Shown here piece by piece: positions 1-10,127 of a DNA stretch of 64,000 nucleotides. Each line of letters begins with the position of its first letter. Within the stretch, counting starts at the first letter, position 1. Source of the DNA: an uncultured virus (IMG/VR IMGVR_UViG_2061766007_000922) (lineage: Duplodnaviria > Heunggongvirae > Uroviricota > Caudoviricetes); the IMG/VR virus record IMGVR_UViG_2061766007_000922, one strand, 5' to 3'. The notes beneath the pieces were generated by a model that ran no database searches, was not told the origin of the DNA, and saw only the letters and a program-made list of their open reading frames with translations. Both the position numbers and the translations under genes were made by a program.

Positions 1-1436
1 CCGTGACCGTATATGCCGAAGTAGTTCTGTATGCCAGTTCCGGCCTCGAACATGTCGGACAAGGCGCCATAAACAGACTGATCGTCACCGCCATTTTTTG
101 ACAGTTCTATAAGCCCGTTCAAAGTCTTGCTGTAACGGTCAACAGCCGTAAGGTTCCCGACAAATTCTTTTCGTTCAAGCCTTTCAAGTATATAGTCAAC
201 AAGTTTATTGCTTTCGCCATTTAAAAGAGCCTCGAACATGGACCTATCTTCAATGGCGCCTACAACTGTAATAATTTTCCTGTATTCATCCATGTTTTTT
301 GATGAATTTCGAACGGCCATTATCCAGTCGTATCGAGAAGAACCCGCCTTATTCAAAGAGTCCTTCAAGGCGGTCTTGCATTCCTTCGGGATTTCATTCA
401 ACAGCCTCTTGACAGTATCCTTGCGTTCGGATGTAACTGATTCGATAGTCGGAGTTACAAGTTCGTCCTTGACAATTTGGCCGAGGTTCCTATTGCCATA
501 TTTTGACAGCCTTATTTTCGAAGCATAAAGCGCGTTGTGCGCAATGCCTATCTTTCGGTCAAGTGCATGACCTAGCTCATGGACAATATCGCCACCGGTT
601 GTGCTGTTTTTCTTTATCTTGACCTCCTTGCCGAATAAGTCAAAAAAACTCCCTCTGCTACTTTTTACATTGCTGACAAAATTCGTAAATGTATCTGAAT
701 AGGCGAGCTGTACGGCTCCGTCAAGCCGCTTTATTCTTGAAAAGGCGTCTTTCTTTACTGAACTGGAAATCCTTGAGGAATCNNNNNNNNNNNNNNNNNN
801 NNNNNNNNNNNNNNNNNNNNNNNNNNNNNNNNNNNNNNNNNNNNNNNNNNNNNNNNNNNNNNNNNNNNNNNNNNNNNNNNNNNNNNNNNNNNNNNNNNNN
901 NNNNNNNNNNNNNNNNNNNNNNNNNNNNNNNNNNNNNNNNNAATACGGCGCATCGCCGGTACGCTTCACCCACTCGCCGTTCTCAAGCCATACGGTCGGA
1001 TCGTCCCAGCGGCAAATNNNNNNNNNNTAATACGGCGCATCGCCGGCACGCTTTACCCACTCGCCGTTTTCGAGCCACACGGTCGGATCGTCCCAGCGGC
1101 AAACTTTGCCGTTCATCGCATAATGGCTCGGCAACGCTTTAGNNNNNNNNNNNNNNNNNNNNNNNNNNNNNNNNNNNNNNNNNNNNNNNNNNNNNNNNNN
1201 NNNNNNNNNNNNNNNNNNNNNNNNNTTGGTCACGTGCAATGATGCGGGCGCGGCGATAGCTAATGCCCGGAAGGTCNNNNNNNNNNCAACGCTTTTGGAT
1301 AAAGGCCTGTAGGATTTCCTCTTACTCGCTCGTCATCGGACGTGCTCCAAATGTAGGTCTCTATTCCGGCGTCAGCCATTCTGCCATGCGTAAGCGCGGA
1401 GTTCAGCTTTGCGGTCTGGTCACGTGCGATGATTCT
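1..1436 (-). CDS. Fragmented second allele of the MuF minor head protein with C-terminal zincin metallopeptidase (runs off window start)
   Basis: Minus-strand pieces between N gaps translate to DLPGISYRRARIIARDQ, ARDQTAKLN..IETYIWSTSDDERVRG and LPSHYAMNGKVCRWDDPTV, all matching 48979..50748. 782->1 is open and contains IVHELGHALD (567-581) and ALSDMF..YGH. Confidence 0.8.
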
Positions 1437-1446
1437 NNNNNNNNNN

Positions 1447-1723
1447 ATTCCCCGGAGATGATGCCATTAAGCAGGCCATGGTCGAATGGGCCGAAAAGCA
1501 GTACACGCTTGGCAAGGATGTCATCCCGACAAGAATTCCGGGCGGCATCTACGAGCTCGTGGCGGGCGTAGGCGTTTCGATGGCGCACGTCGCCATTACG
1601 GACAGCCCGGACACGGTTCCTTCCTCCGGCGACTACTCGTGGGATACTGCGCTGGCTATCCCGCCGTTTGCGTATGCGGTTCTCGAAGAGGACCGGATCG
1701 AGACTATCCTCGAAAATGATTAA
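1447..1723 (+). CDS. Baseplate J-like protein, C-terminal fragment
   Basis: LGKDVIPTRI...IPPFAYAVLEEDRI is a typical J-like C-terminus. It precedes a wedge-type gene; the N-terminal part is at 63174..64000. Confidence 0.65.
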
Positions 1724-1751
1724 AGTTTATAGAAATTAGGGTGCAGGCATA

Positions 1752-2460
1752 ATGAGCGAAGTCATCACAAGCTATTCGGAAGCGCAGCGCAAGTATGTGC
1801 CCGAGCAATACAAGCGGAGCGAGAAGCTGCTCGGCTTGATAGATTGCGACCTTGCGATGGCAGACGAAATCGAGAAGGCCCTGCACGAAATCGGGGACTC
1901 GTTTACACTTGATGATGCCGTCGGTCCGATGCTCGATTTTTATGGAGCCTATGCCGGAGGATTTTCCCGCCGCGTGGGCGAAACTGACGACCAGTTCCGT
2001 GCCCGCATAAAGCTAGGAACCGGCACCGAGGACCTGCCTACTCTTGAGGCNNNNNNNNNNCGCCCGCATAAAGCTAGGAACCGGAACCGAGGACCTGCCT
2101 ACTCTTGAGGCGGTCTACAATTATTTCGAGCTTGCGCTCGGCATTACCGATGTCGGGCTTTTCCCGGTATGGCCCGCAGGGCTTTATTTTGTTATTTTGC
2201 AGGGCTCCCCGGAGATAGATGCCGAGGACCTGGAAAATATCGCGGCGGCTTCGGGTGTCGATTTTGGGCAGGGCACATTCCTCTCTTGCGAGGATGGTGA
2301 ACCCTGGGGGCTCATAGTCCTGGAGGACAACGGGCAACCGATTGTCGTGGACCAGCGGTGGCCGGATACTTTGTATGAACTTGTGGATGATGATGGAAAT
2401 TACCTAGTGGATAGCGAAGGGAATCACCTTGTAGCATTGGACTTTTTAACCACAACCTAG
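1752..2460 (+). CDS. Baseplate wedge/tail-I-like protein (DUF2612-like), split by an N gap with duplicated overlap
   Basis: PEQYKRSEKL, LDDAVGPMLDFYG, ETDDQFRARIK motifs; position after J. Confidence 0.6.
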
Positions 2461-2472
2461 TGGAGAAAAATT

Positions 2473-3060
2473 ATGGCAACGAAAAGAATCAAAGACCTCA
2501 CATCTACTGCAACGGCGGAAGACCTCCTATCCGGCCGATATGGAGTATTGGACACCCCGAACATAACTAAAAGGTTGCCTGGGAATTTATTGGGCGGCGG
2601 TGGCGGCGGCGGTGGAGATACAGGTATCGTAGTATTTGAGGTATCTTATTCCGAAAGTATTGCCGATTATGTTTACCCTACATATGAAGAAGTGGCTTCT
2701 GCTGTGTCGGCAGGTAAGATGCCTGTAATACTATTGTACGTGCATAATAGTCCGATTCGGCGTTGTTTTGTGTTTAGGTGGTTATCCGGGGGCTACGCCC
2801 ATTTTGACAATGACAGTCAGTGTGTTGAAATATCTAATGCAAATGTCGTGAAAACTGGATATATCAACGATAAGAACTTGGCAGCAGATTATGACCCGAC
2901 TGCTACTTATAATGTAGGCGATTATTGTATGTATCATAATGAGTTGTTTGTATGTACTACGGATATATCGGTTGCCGAAGAATGGGATGGTTCTCATTGG
3001 CAGCGTACACGTATGTCCGATATAGTTGGCAATGTGGAAACCCTCTTGGCTGCGTTGTAA
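2473..3060 (+). CDS. Tail-associated protein with poly-Gly linker and C-terminal CBM5/12-like module
   Basis: MATKRIKDL start; YDPTATYNVGDYCMYHNELFVC..EEWDGSHW; RBS ggaga. Confidence 0.55.
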   Translation: MATKRIKDLTSTATAEDLLSGRYGVLDTPNITKRLPGNLLGGGGGGGGDTGIVVFEVSYSESIADYVYPTYEEVASAVSAGKMPVILLYVHNSPIRRCFVFRWLSGGYAHFDNDSQCVEISNANVVKTGYINDKNLAADYDPTATYNVGDYCMYHNELFVCTTDISVAEEWDGSHWQRTRMSDIVGNVETLLAAL

Positions 3061-3072
3061 GGAGGTGATAAG

Positions 3073-3993
3073 ATGAGTATCGCAAGCGAAATTACAAGGT
3101 TGCAGGGCGTGAAGTCCGACATATTGCAGGCCATAAGCGATAAGGGCGTTGTGGTTCCTGCGGGTAGTGCGTTGGACGATTGTCCAGTCCTTATTGCTAG
3201 TATTAGTGGCGGTGGCGGTGGTGGCGGCAATGGTGTATATTTACAGGCGATTCTTCCGGTTTCCGGCGGAAGAGTGCTTGTCGTGGACGAAAATGGGTAT
3301 ATCGGTTGTAAAAGTCTCCCGACATATTATCCTTCAGCTTATACCAGTTATGCCTTTGTAGTAAGCGGTGCAGATTTTTCGAGTTCAGGTCTTGGCCAAG
3401 TAACTTTGGTTACTCCGGGAACGGCTGATATTGGAGGTCGTTCTTACCGAACTGTGTCTATTAACGGTGTCATTTGGATGGCTGAAAATCTTGACTTTAA
3501 GGCTTCTGGTATTGACATTGGGCCGTCTGGATCTCCTGGAACTCCCGCTGCATGGTACTACAATAACAGTGAAAGTACCTATGGCGAAAATGGCAATAAG
3601 TACGGGTTGCTCTATAATTGGCATGCAGTAAAGCATCTTAACGACAACCGTGAACTGTTGATGAACGGCTGGCATGTCCCTACAACAGCAGAGTGGGATG
3701 CTTTAGCCAATGCCGTTGGAGGTACTGGAGTAGCAGGTTCGAAGCTTAAATCATCTACAGGATGGTCATCTGGTAACGGAACCGACGACTTCGGCTTTGC
3801 GGCCTTTCCTGCTGGCCGCCGGCGCTCGGGCTCCTTCAACGATTTAGGCAGCTACGCGTACTTCTGGACGGCCACAGAGTACTCGTCCACCAGCGCCTAC
3901 AGCCGTTACTTTGATACGGGCGCATCGATGCTCTCGTACAACTACGATAAGGCTAGCTACGCCTTTTCTGTTCGTCTCGTCAAGGATTCCTAA
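3073..3993 (+). CDS. Tail fibre/receptor-binding protein with FISUMP (Fib_succ_major) domain; candidate DGR target
   Basis: YRTVSING..WMAENLDF, YGLLYNW, GWHVPTTAEWDAL, GTDDFGFAAFPAG, YFWTATE, FSVRLVKD. Confidence 0.85.
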   Translation: MSIASEITRLQGVKSDILQAISDKGVVVPAGSALDDCPVLIASISGGGGGGGNGVYLQAILPVSGGRVLVVDENGYIGCKSLPTYYPSAYTSYAFVVSGADFSSSGLGQVTLVTPGTADIGGRSYRTVSINGVIWMAENLDFKASGIDIGPSGSPGTPAAWYYNNSESTYGENGNKYGLLYNWHAVKHLNDNRELLMNGWHVPTTAEWDALANAVGGTGVAGSKLKSSTGWSSGNGTDDFGFAAFPAGRRRSGSFNDLGSYAYFWTATEYSSTSAYSRYFDTGASMLSYNYDKASYAFSVRLVKDS

Positions 3994-3999
3994 GTGAGC

Positions 4000-4056
4000 C
4001 TAGGCCCTTTGGGGCCTAGAGCGAACGGGACCGGAGCGCCGCAAGGCGCACGGTCC
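4000..4056 (+). other. Two GC-rich hairpins directly after the FISUMP gene (DGR-type hairpin/cruciform or terminator)
   Basis: CTAGGCCC-TTTG-GGGCCTAG (4000-4019) and GGACCG..GCGCC-GCAA-GGCGC..CGGTCC (4028-4056). Confidence 0.6.
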
Positions 4057-4090
4057 TGAATTTAATTAAATTTGCCCCCCNNNNNNNNNN

Positions 4091-6228
4091 TGGGAGCAAT
4101 AAGTACGCAAACTTTATTTCCAATGTGGCCGGAAATTACATTATTGAAATTTCCAGTAGTGAAGACTTGTTTATCAATGTTTTGCAAAATGCGACGCAGC
4201 CTTCGCAGTCCTATGTCAATGATACTATTGCAGAAAAGTTCAACGTAGGCGCAACGCCTATCCGTATTTTTTACGCTCCGACAACGACTACGAATAAAAT
4301 AAGGGTTGATGGAGCGGAAAATAAGACCCTGCATTTCAAACTCATAAAACTCATTTCTTCGGATGCGCTTCCGTTGACTAATGAACTTGTATCTACTGGG
4401 CATTCGCTTTCTTCTTCTACGGCTGTCGGAAACAACATCAGCGATAAGATAGGCGTGAACGCAGCATACGATATGTACAGGGTGAAAATTCCGACAGGGA
4501 AAATTCATCTGTTCGATGCTAAAAGCCCCGTAGCAATAACTGGAGTGACTTTTGCAGTTTGTACTTCTTCCGGAATTGTCACTAAAGTGTATAAGGGAAT
4601 TTATGGCTCTTACGACATAGATGCGACTGGCGACGACTACTGGATATACTATCAGGCTTCGGCTGGATTTGAACCTCAAAGACCGTATGCTGACACAAAC
4701 TCTTTTTCTCTTGTTTCCGATGCGATAAGTACTAAACGTAAAGTATCCGGCATTTCTGATTCTCTTGTAGGTGCTGAAAATAATGTAGTCCTTGACTTCA
4801 GCGGAACGACAGTAGGTAGTGCATATTGCTCTCTAGGTTATACATTTAAGAAGGGGTATACGTATCTTGTAGAATTGTCTACCGATGAAGATTTCATTAC
4901 ACCCAGAGTACAACTTGGCACAAGCCAAACTACCGCATCTATGGTAGATACTATCGGAGAAAATGTCAGTCTTTCTAGTTCTCCTACAAGGCTTCTTTAT
5001 AGGTGTAGTGGTAATTCGTCGCAACTGCGTATCCAGGACTACAAAAATAAAGGTTTTCGCATAAAGGTTTACGAACTTCTTGCCCTTGAACACAACTACA
5101 TTTACTCAACCGCAGACCAAAATATACACGCCTACGTAAATGGGCTGAAATTTAGAAGCGAACTTGACAACCACATCACCGACTTCAAGAAAGCGGGAGA
5201 CTTGATGGTTCACGTGTCGTCTTTCTGCATTATTTCGGACGTTGTTTATATGACATATTATGTCAATACACAACACGCAAGCGAGACTCCGGCGGAGCAT
5301 CGGGCACGCTTTGTTATCTGTTCGTTGAATGATGTAAACAATAAGCAGTATTTCGACCTTCAAGGAGCCAGGGACTCCGGTATGAGCGGGTCCGACATTG
5401 TGTTCGACGGCCACTCCGTTGACGCCTTGTATGACACCATATTGATGAAGATTGACAACGACACATTGTTCTTGATGTGGACCGCAAATCTTAATGGCGT
5501 AGGATATTGCAGGCTTTACCAGACCTACACAATTTCTACTGCAACGTTTAGTGATATACAATACAACCAGTTCAAGGTCGGCGAAAATGTCGGCACGTTC
5601 AGCACGACCAATATGAGCGCCTTCTTTGCTGATGCCGGAATCAATACAAAAGCGTTAAGCGGTGACATTGGGTTGATGCAAAAAATCACTTCCCGAGAAG
5701 AAGATGGCGTGACGTACTGGTACACCGGATGTTATGTCGGGGAGTTTAACTGCATCGTCAAGTCGTCGGACTTGATAACTTGGGAATTTGTCGCCCAGCC
5801 CGATTTCTTTAACCAATCGCAGTGGGAAAACTCGGTTTACGTTCTTGGTACAAAAATATATTACTTTGTGCGACAACTCCGAGAGGAGCCGTGTGCGTTC
5901 CTATCAACTTATGATTTGAACAAGAAAGTATGGTCAAAGCCGTTTTATATAAATGAAGCGCAAAGTCGTTATGACTTCTTTGAATATAACGGGTATTTGT
6001 ATCTTGTGCATTCTCCACACGATAGGGACCATCTTTCCATCATTTTTGTAGACACGTGGCAAAATTGCCGACACATAGAAATACAAACTGCACGTGTGCC
6101 GGACTATTTCTACCCATACGTGCAAGTCTACAACGGAGAATTGTATATGTCGTTCACGCAGACTAGGCAGCATATATGGTTGAGCAAGTTCACCATCAAT
6201 AGTATAAGCGACAGCACTATATCAAGCG
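4091..6228 (+). CDS. Large AT-rich tail spike/depolymerase-like protein, partial (bounded by gaps), with C-terminal Asp-box beta-propeller-like region
   Basis: >700 aa beta-rich ORF; KSSDLITWEF Asp-box-like motif; located in tail fibre region. Confidence 0.45.
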
Positions 6229-6734
6229 NNNNNNNNNNACGAACTCCATCTGTTTCGTGACAGACTGTTCTGGCAGGCTTGGGAACGTTCTGCGTTCCTT
6301 TTTTCAAAAATCTTTAGAAAATACAATTACAGCCCGCAGCCTTCGGTTTTGACTTCCTTGGTGTCCATATATTGCCCTATAGGGTATATCCTGGCACCAG
6401 GGTGCTTAAAAACTGCAAAAAGGCCGTTGTCAATCCAGACAACGACCAGGCTAAACAGGAGTCAAGAATCAATAGTTACGAAGGCATGTTTAAGCACTTG
6501 AATGGGACCAGTAAAATTCGTAAATTTATAGCCGATTCAAGGAAACCTCAATAACCGTTCAATCGGTTTTGTAATACAATTAAATTTTGTCTCACGAAAA
6601 GCGGTTAGCGTTCTCACGACAACCGCGCCGTTATAACGGGACCACCTGCTGAAAAAAAATATATATTTGGATTGTTCTCATTTGTATGTTTTTATTTATT
6701 GTGTTGTTACACCCTAACAAAAAGGAACTCCCCT

Positions 6735-7418
6735 ATGCCTTACAACAGACAAATACCCGATGCACCTATTGCTGGGTCCATGTTGCCCCGGCCCACGGCC
6801 CTAACCGCCCAGGACCTCTTGCTGCTAATCCAGCCCGGTAATAACCTGGGCCAAAAGAATAAGGCCCTAGAGTTGGGAGCACTGTTTAGTTCGGACTTGT
6901 TCAAGTTCGCTGGGCTCTACAATTCTCTAATCAAGTCTAATATCCTGGACTACTCCGGGGCACTTGCTTCTGCGTCTGCTAATTCGTTCACGGAGGTTTG
7001 CCACCTTGATGTAGACCCAAGAATGGATGTGGAGTTTCATGTTTGGGGAACATCCGACCAGGCAGGANNNNNNNNNNNNNNNNNNNNGCTGCGGGCTAAA
7101 ACCCGTCAAATGTATTTACCGGATGACCAGGACTGGGACCTGGTTGCCTTTGGCGGGTATGCCGGGAGAAAAGACTCGGACGGGGGACCTAATGCCCCAG
7201 CCTACAACGCGGTCTTTGGACTATATCCTATCAACTACAACCCGTCCGCAAACGACCTTGCTAACCACCCGACCAAACGGGTCACGTTGTTCCTGGCTGC
7301 TGGGGCAACTGTGAACCCTTTTCACGCCACCATCCCATCTGAGTTCAGCCTTAAAATCCAGGCCACAATTTTCCCAAGCAAGTATGTGAGCAACATTCTT
7401 GAGGCCGCCACCCCGTAA
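6735..7418 (+). CDS. Hypothetical tail-associated protein, allele 1
   Basis: RBS aaagga; strongly similar to 7446..8066; both end ATP* followed by identical ggtttaaaga. Confidence 0.6.
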   Translation: MPYNRQIPDAPIAGSMLPRPTALTAQDLLLLIQPGNNLGQKNKALELGALFSSDLFKFAGLYNSLIKSNILDYSGALASASANSFTEVCHLDVDPRMDVEFHVWGTSDQAGXXXXXXXLRAKTRQMYLPDDQDWDLVAFGGYAGRKDSDGGPNAPAYNAVFGLYPINYNPSANDLANHPTKRVTLFLAAGATVNPFHATIPSEFSLKIQATIFPSKYVSNILEAATP

Positions 7419-7445
7419 GGTTTAAAGANNNNNNNNNNAAGCCCT

Positions 7446-8066
7446 GTGGCGTCCGACTTGATTTATATAGCAAAGCCGAACGCCCCTATCAGGCAAAGAA
7501 GCAAGGCGGTTGAACTTTCTGCGCTTTTTGGAAGTGACCCCGCGAAATATGCCCCTAGGATAATTTGTTCTAATATCCTGGAATATTCCGGCGCGTTGGC
7601 GGCGACATCTACTGCATCACCACTTACGGAAGTTGCGCACGTCGATATTGACCCGCGTCTCGATGTTCAGTTCCATGTTTGGGGAACTTCGGACCCGGCT
7701 TCGGATGGTTCGGAATACAATACTTACTCGTATGGCTTGCGGGGCCGCGTGCGTATGATGTATCTGCCGGACGACCAGGACCGCGACCTTATGGCGATAG
7801 CTCCTTCTGGCTTTCGAAATTCGGACGGCTCAGGACCTGCACCGACTTATAACGCGTTCTTTGGGTGCTTGCCGTTCGATTATTCCCCGTCTCCGAACGA
7901 TCTGCTCCATTATCCTACAAAGCGTGTGACTTTGTTTTTGTCCAGCGGAGCTACTGAAAGTCCGTATCATGGAACCGAACCCTCATCTTTTGCGCTAAAT
8001 ATACAGGCGACGATTTTCCCGCGACAGATTGACACCACAATTTTAAAAGCCACCGCCACCCCGTAA
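7446..8066 (+). CDS. Hypothetical tail-associated protein, allele 2 (5' truncated by gap)
   Basis: Shares SNIL(D/E)YSGALA, FHVWGTSD, MYLPDDQD, PTKRVTLFL, IQATIFP with the previous ORF. Confidence 0.6.
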   Translation: MASDLIYIAKPNAPIRQRSKAVELSALFGSDPAKYAPRIICSNILEYSGALAATSTASPLTEVAHVDIDPRLDVQFHVWGTSDPASDGSEYNTYSYGLRGRVRMMYLPDDQDRDLMAIAPSGFRNSDGSGPAPTYNAFFGCLPFDYSPSPNDLLHYPTKRVTLFLSSGATESPYHGTEPSSFALNIQATIFPRQIDTTILKATATP

Positions 8067-8075
8067 GGTTTAAAG

Positions 8076-8456
8076 ATGGATATAACAGGCATCGACATAG
8101 CCGCAGTCGCGGGCTTGGTAGGAACGACGGGTACCGCCATCGTTTCCATCGTCAAGGCGGTCCAGGCGTCCCGAAAAGCTGGTGACGCGGACCGGCGTGC
8201 TCTCGACATCGAGCTCGCCCGCGAAAAGACTAAACGCGAACGCGACCAGGAATTGCAGTCGCTCAAGACCGAGGTCGCCGTTCTCAAGGCTTTACAGGAC
8301 GAAACGAACAAGCGGCTCGCCGAAGGTACGGACCAGTTCAAGGCGCTCGACGACAAGGTGGACAAGACGAACAGCCTGCTCCACGAAATTTTGGGCGCTC
8401 TCAATAACCGGGGGTTCGACGTTTCTAGGAAATCCGGGAACGGGGGGAACTTCTAG
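8076..8456 (+). CDS. Membrane-anchored coiled-coil protein (holin-like), allele 1
   Basis: N-terminal hydrophobic helix plus coiled coil; lysis-module position. Confidence 0.5.
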   Translation: MDITGIDIAAVAGLVGTTGTAIVSIVKAVQASRKAGDADRRALDIELAREKTKRERDQELQSLKTEVAVLKALQDETNKRLAEGTDQFKALDDKVDKTNSLLHEILGALNNRGFDVSRKSGNGGNF

Positions 8457-8458
8457 CC

Positions 8459-8826
8459 ATGAAGCGCCGGCTGCATGAATACGGCCTGCGGGTGCTCGAT
8501 TTTGAGTTCATCCAGGGCCGCGAAATTCTCGAAGGCTTGAAGCTGAACAAGGCCCGGCGCTATCCGTTCGGCGGTGTCGTCGAGGGCCGCATCTACACGA
8601 ACCAGGGCACCCTGTACTTCAAGACGGAGCTCGGGTTCGAGTGCGACATGCGGAGCGGCCCGAAGCTGGTCGACTGGTATGTGCCGAACCTGGGCACGCT
8701 CGAGGAACGTATCGCGTGGCTGGTGCATGACTTGAACGGGTACGGGCTCGACCTGTCCTTCGAAGACACGAACCTGCTGCTCTTCGCGATGCTCCGGGAC
8801 CTGGCAAAGTACAGGTACCCGAAGGC
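8459..8826 (+). CDS. DUF1353-like protein, allele 1 (truncated by gap)
   Basis: GFECDMRSGP..AWLVHDLNGY..EDTNLLL pattern. Confidence 0.55.
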
Positions 8827-8836
8827 NNNNNNNNNN

Positions 8837-9136
8837 GTGCGCAAGGCGGAAGCCGCAGACGCCCGCGCCATAGCCATAGAACTGCAACGGGAGCAGGCAA
8901 AGAAGGACCGCGACCGGGAAATTGAAAACCTAAAGTCCGAAGTAAAGGTGCTCCAGCACGAAAACAAGGAAGTGCGGGAGCGCTTGAGCGAAGGGAACGG
9001 ACACTTTGTGCGCCTAGAAGGCGAGGTCAAGGAAACGAACGGCCTGCTCCGTGAAATTATCGGGGCGCTGCGGAACAAGGGGCTTGTGATTTCCGAAACG
9101 CACAAGGTTGCACGCGACGCGGGGCTGGAACTATGA
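8837..9136 (+). CDS. Holin-like coiled-coil protein, allele 2 (5' truncated)
   Basis: RKAEAADARAIAIELQRE..RLSEG..TNGLLREIIGALRNKG parallels 8076..8456. Confidence 0.55.
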   Translation: MRKAEAADARAIAIELQREQAKKDRDREIENLKSEVKVLQHENKEVRERLSEGNGHFVRLEGEVKETNGLLREIIGALRNKGLVISETHKVARDAGLEL

Positions 9137-9636
9137 GAACGAAATGCAGCGTTAAGCGCGTGACAGTTTCCCCGTTTTTCACAACCGAAAGCCGCCCGTT
9201 CAAGTTTTTGGGATACGCCCGGATTTTGGTTTGGGTGGAACGCACCTACAAGGACGGCAGGGTTGAAAAGGCGCTGCTGGAAGTGGAATTGCTGCCGGGC
9301 TACAAAACCGACGGCGCTTCCACCTTTTGGCCGATTTCCAAACTGGTGCCGCAGTGGCGGGACGGGGACGACGAATACAACGCCGGACCGGTTGCGCACG
9401 ATGTGCTCTACCTGCTTGAAGGCATTGTTGAAGGCGAATTTGAGCCCGTTAAACTTTCCCGCGAAGAAGTGGACGACATACTGCGCGGGATTTGGCGGTG
9501 CTGGGGAATGGGCAGGTTCCTGGCTGGCTGCGCGGACAAGGGCGTTGAAATTTTTGCAGGCGGAAGGCGGCACTGGGGCTCGGATGGCTACGGGGTGCGC
9601 CAGTTCGCCCGCGCAAAGTGGACGGTCATGGAATGA
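9133..9636 (+). CDS. DUF1353 family protein
   Basis: PGYKTDGAS..VAHDVLY..SREEVDDIL. Confidence 0.7.
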   Translation: MRTKCSVKRVTVSPFFTTESRPFKFLGYARILVWVERTYKDGRVEKALLEVELLPGYKTDGASTFWPISKLVPQWRDGDDEYNAGPVAHDVLYLLEGIVEGEFEPVKLSREEVDDILRGIWRCWGMGRFLAGCADKGVEIFAGGRRHWGSDGYGVRQFARAKWTVME

Positions 9637-10046
9637 ACATTGTTGACTATGCCTTGAAGTTTGTTGGGCGCCCCTACGTTTGGGGCGGCGACGGAAGCGG
9701 AAGGTGCGGGGGCGGCTTTGACTGCTCCGGCCTTGTGGTGGAATGCTTGCAGGCCTTCGGGCTGGTGCAGGGCGATTTCACCGCGCAATCGCTTTATAGG
9801 CGGCTTTCCGCGCTGGGGTGGGTAAGTGTACCCCGTGGCCTGGAAACGGGCGCAGACGTTGTCTTTTGGGGCAAATCCGCCGCGTCCATAACGCACGTAT
9901 CGCTTGCGGTCGGAAACGGCCTGCACGTTGAAGCGGGCGGGGGCGGCAGCAAGTGCAAGACGGCGGAAGTTTCCACGGGCATGGTGCGGGTGCGCCCGCT
10001 TGCCGCGAGAGGTGATTGGGTTGCCGCGCTGCGCAGGCCTTTGTAG
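9633..10046 (+). CDS. NlpC/P60 peptidoglycan hydrolase (probable endolysin)
   Basis: GRPYVWGG, GFDCSGLV (catalytic Cys), DVVFW, ITHV (His). Confidence 0.85.
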   Translation: MNIVDYALKFVGRPYVWGGDGSGRCGGGFDCSGLVVECLQAFGLVQGDFTAQSLYRRLSALGWVSVPRGLETGADVVFWGKSAASITHVSLAVGNGLHVEAGGGGSKCKTAEVSTGMVRVRPLAARGDWVAALRRPL

Positions 10047-10070
10047 AATTTTGTTGACTGGGGAGGCAAC

Positions 10071-10105
10071 AAAAGGAGCGTCCGGGTTTTCCCGAACGCC
10101 TTTTT
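10071..10105. terminator. Probable bidirectional intrinsic terminator between convergent genes
   Basis: aaaaggagcg-tccggg-tttt-cccgaa-cgcc-ttttt imperfect stem with A/T tails. Confidence 0.5.
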
Positions 10106-10127
10106 GTGTGGGGGTTGAAAATCAAAT

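Noticed and set aside
8459..9136. 225-aa fusion ORF from the track
   Set aside because: Chimera across an N gap of a DUF1353 fragment and a holin-like fragment.
6735..9636. Tandem gene duplications in the tail/lysis region
   Set aside because: Each pair is separated by a 10-N gap and shares junction sequence; better explained as alternative alleles scaffolded in series.
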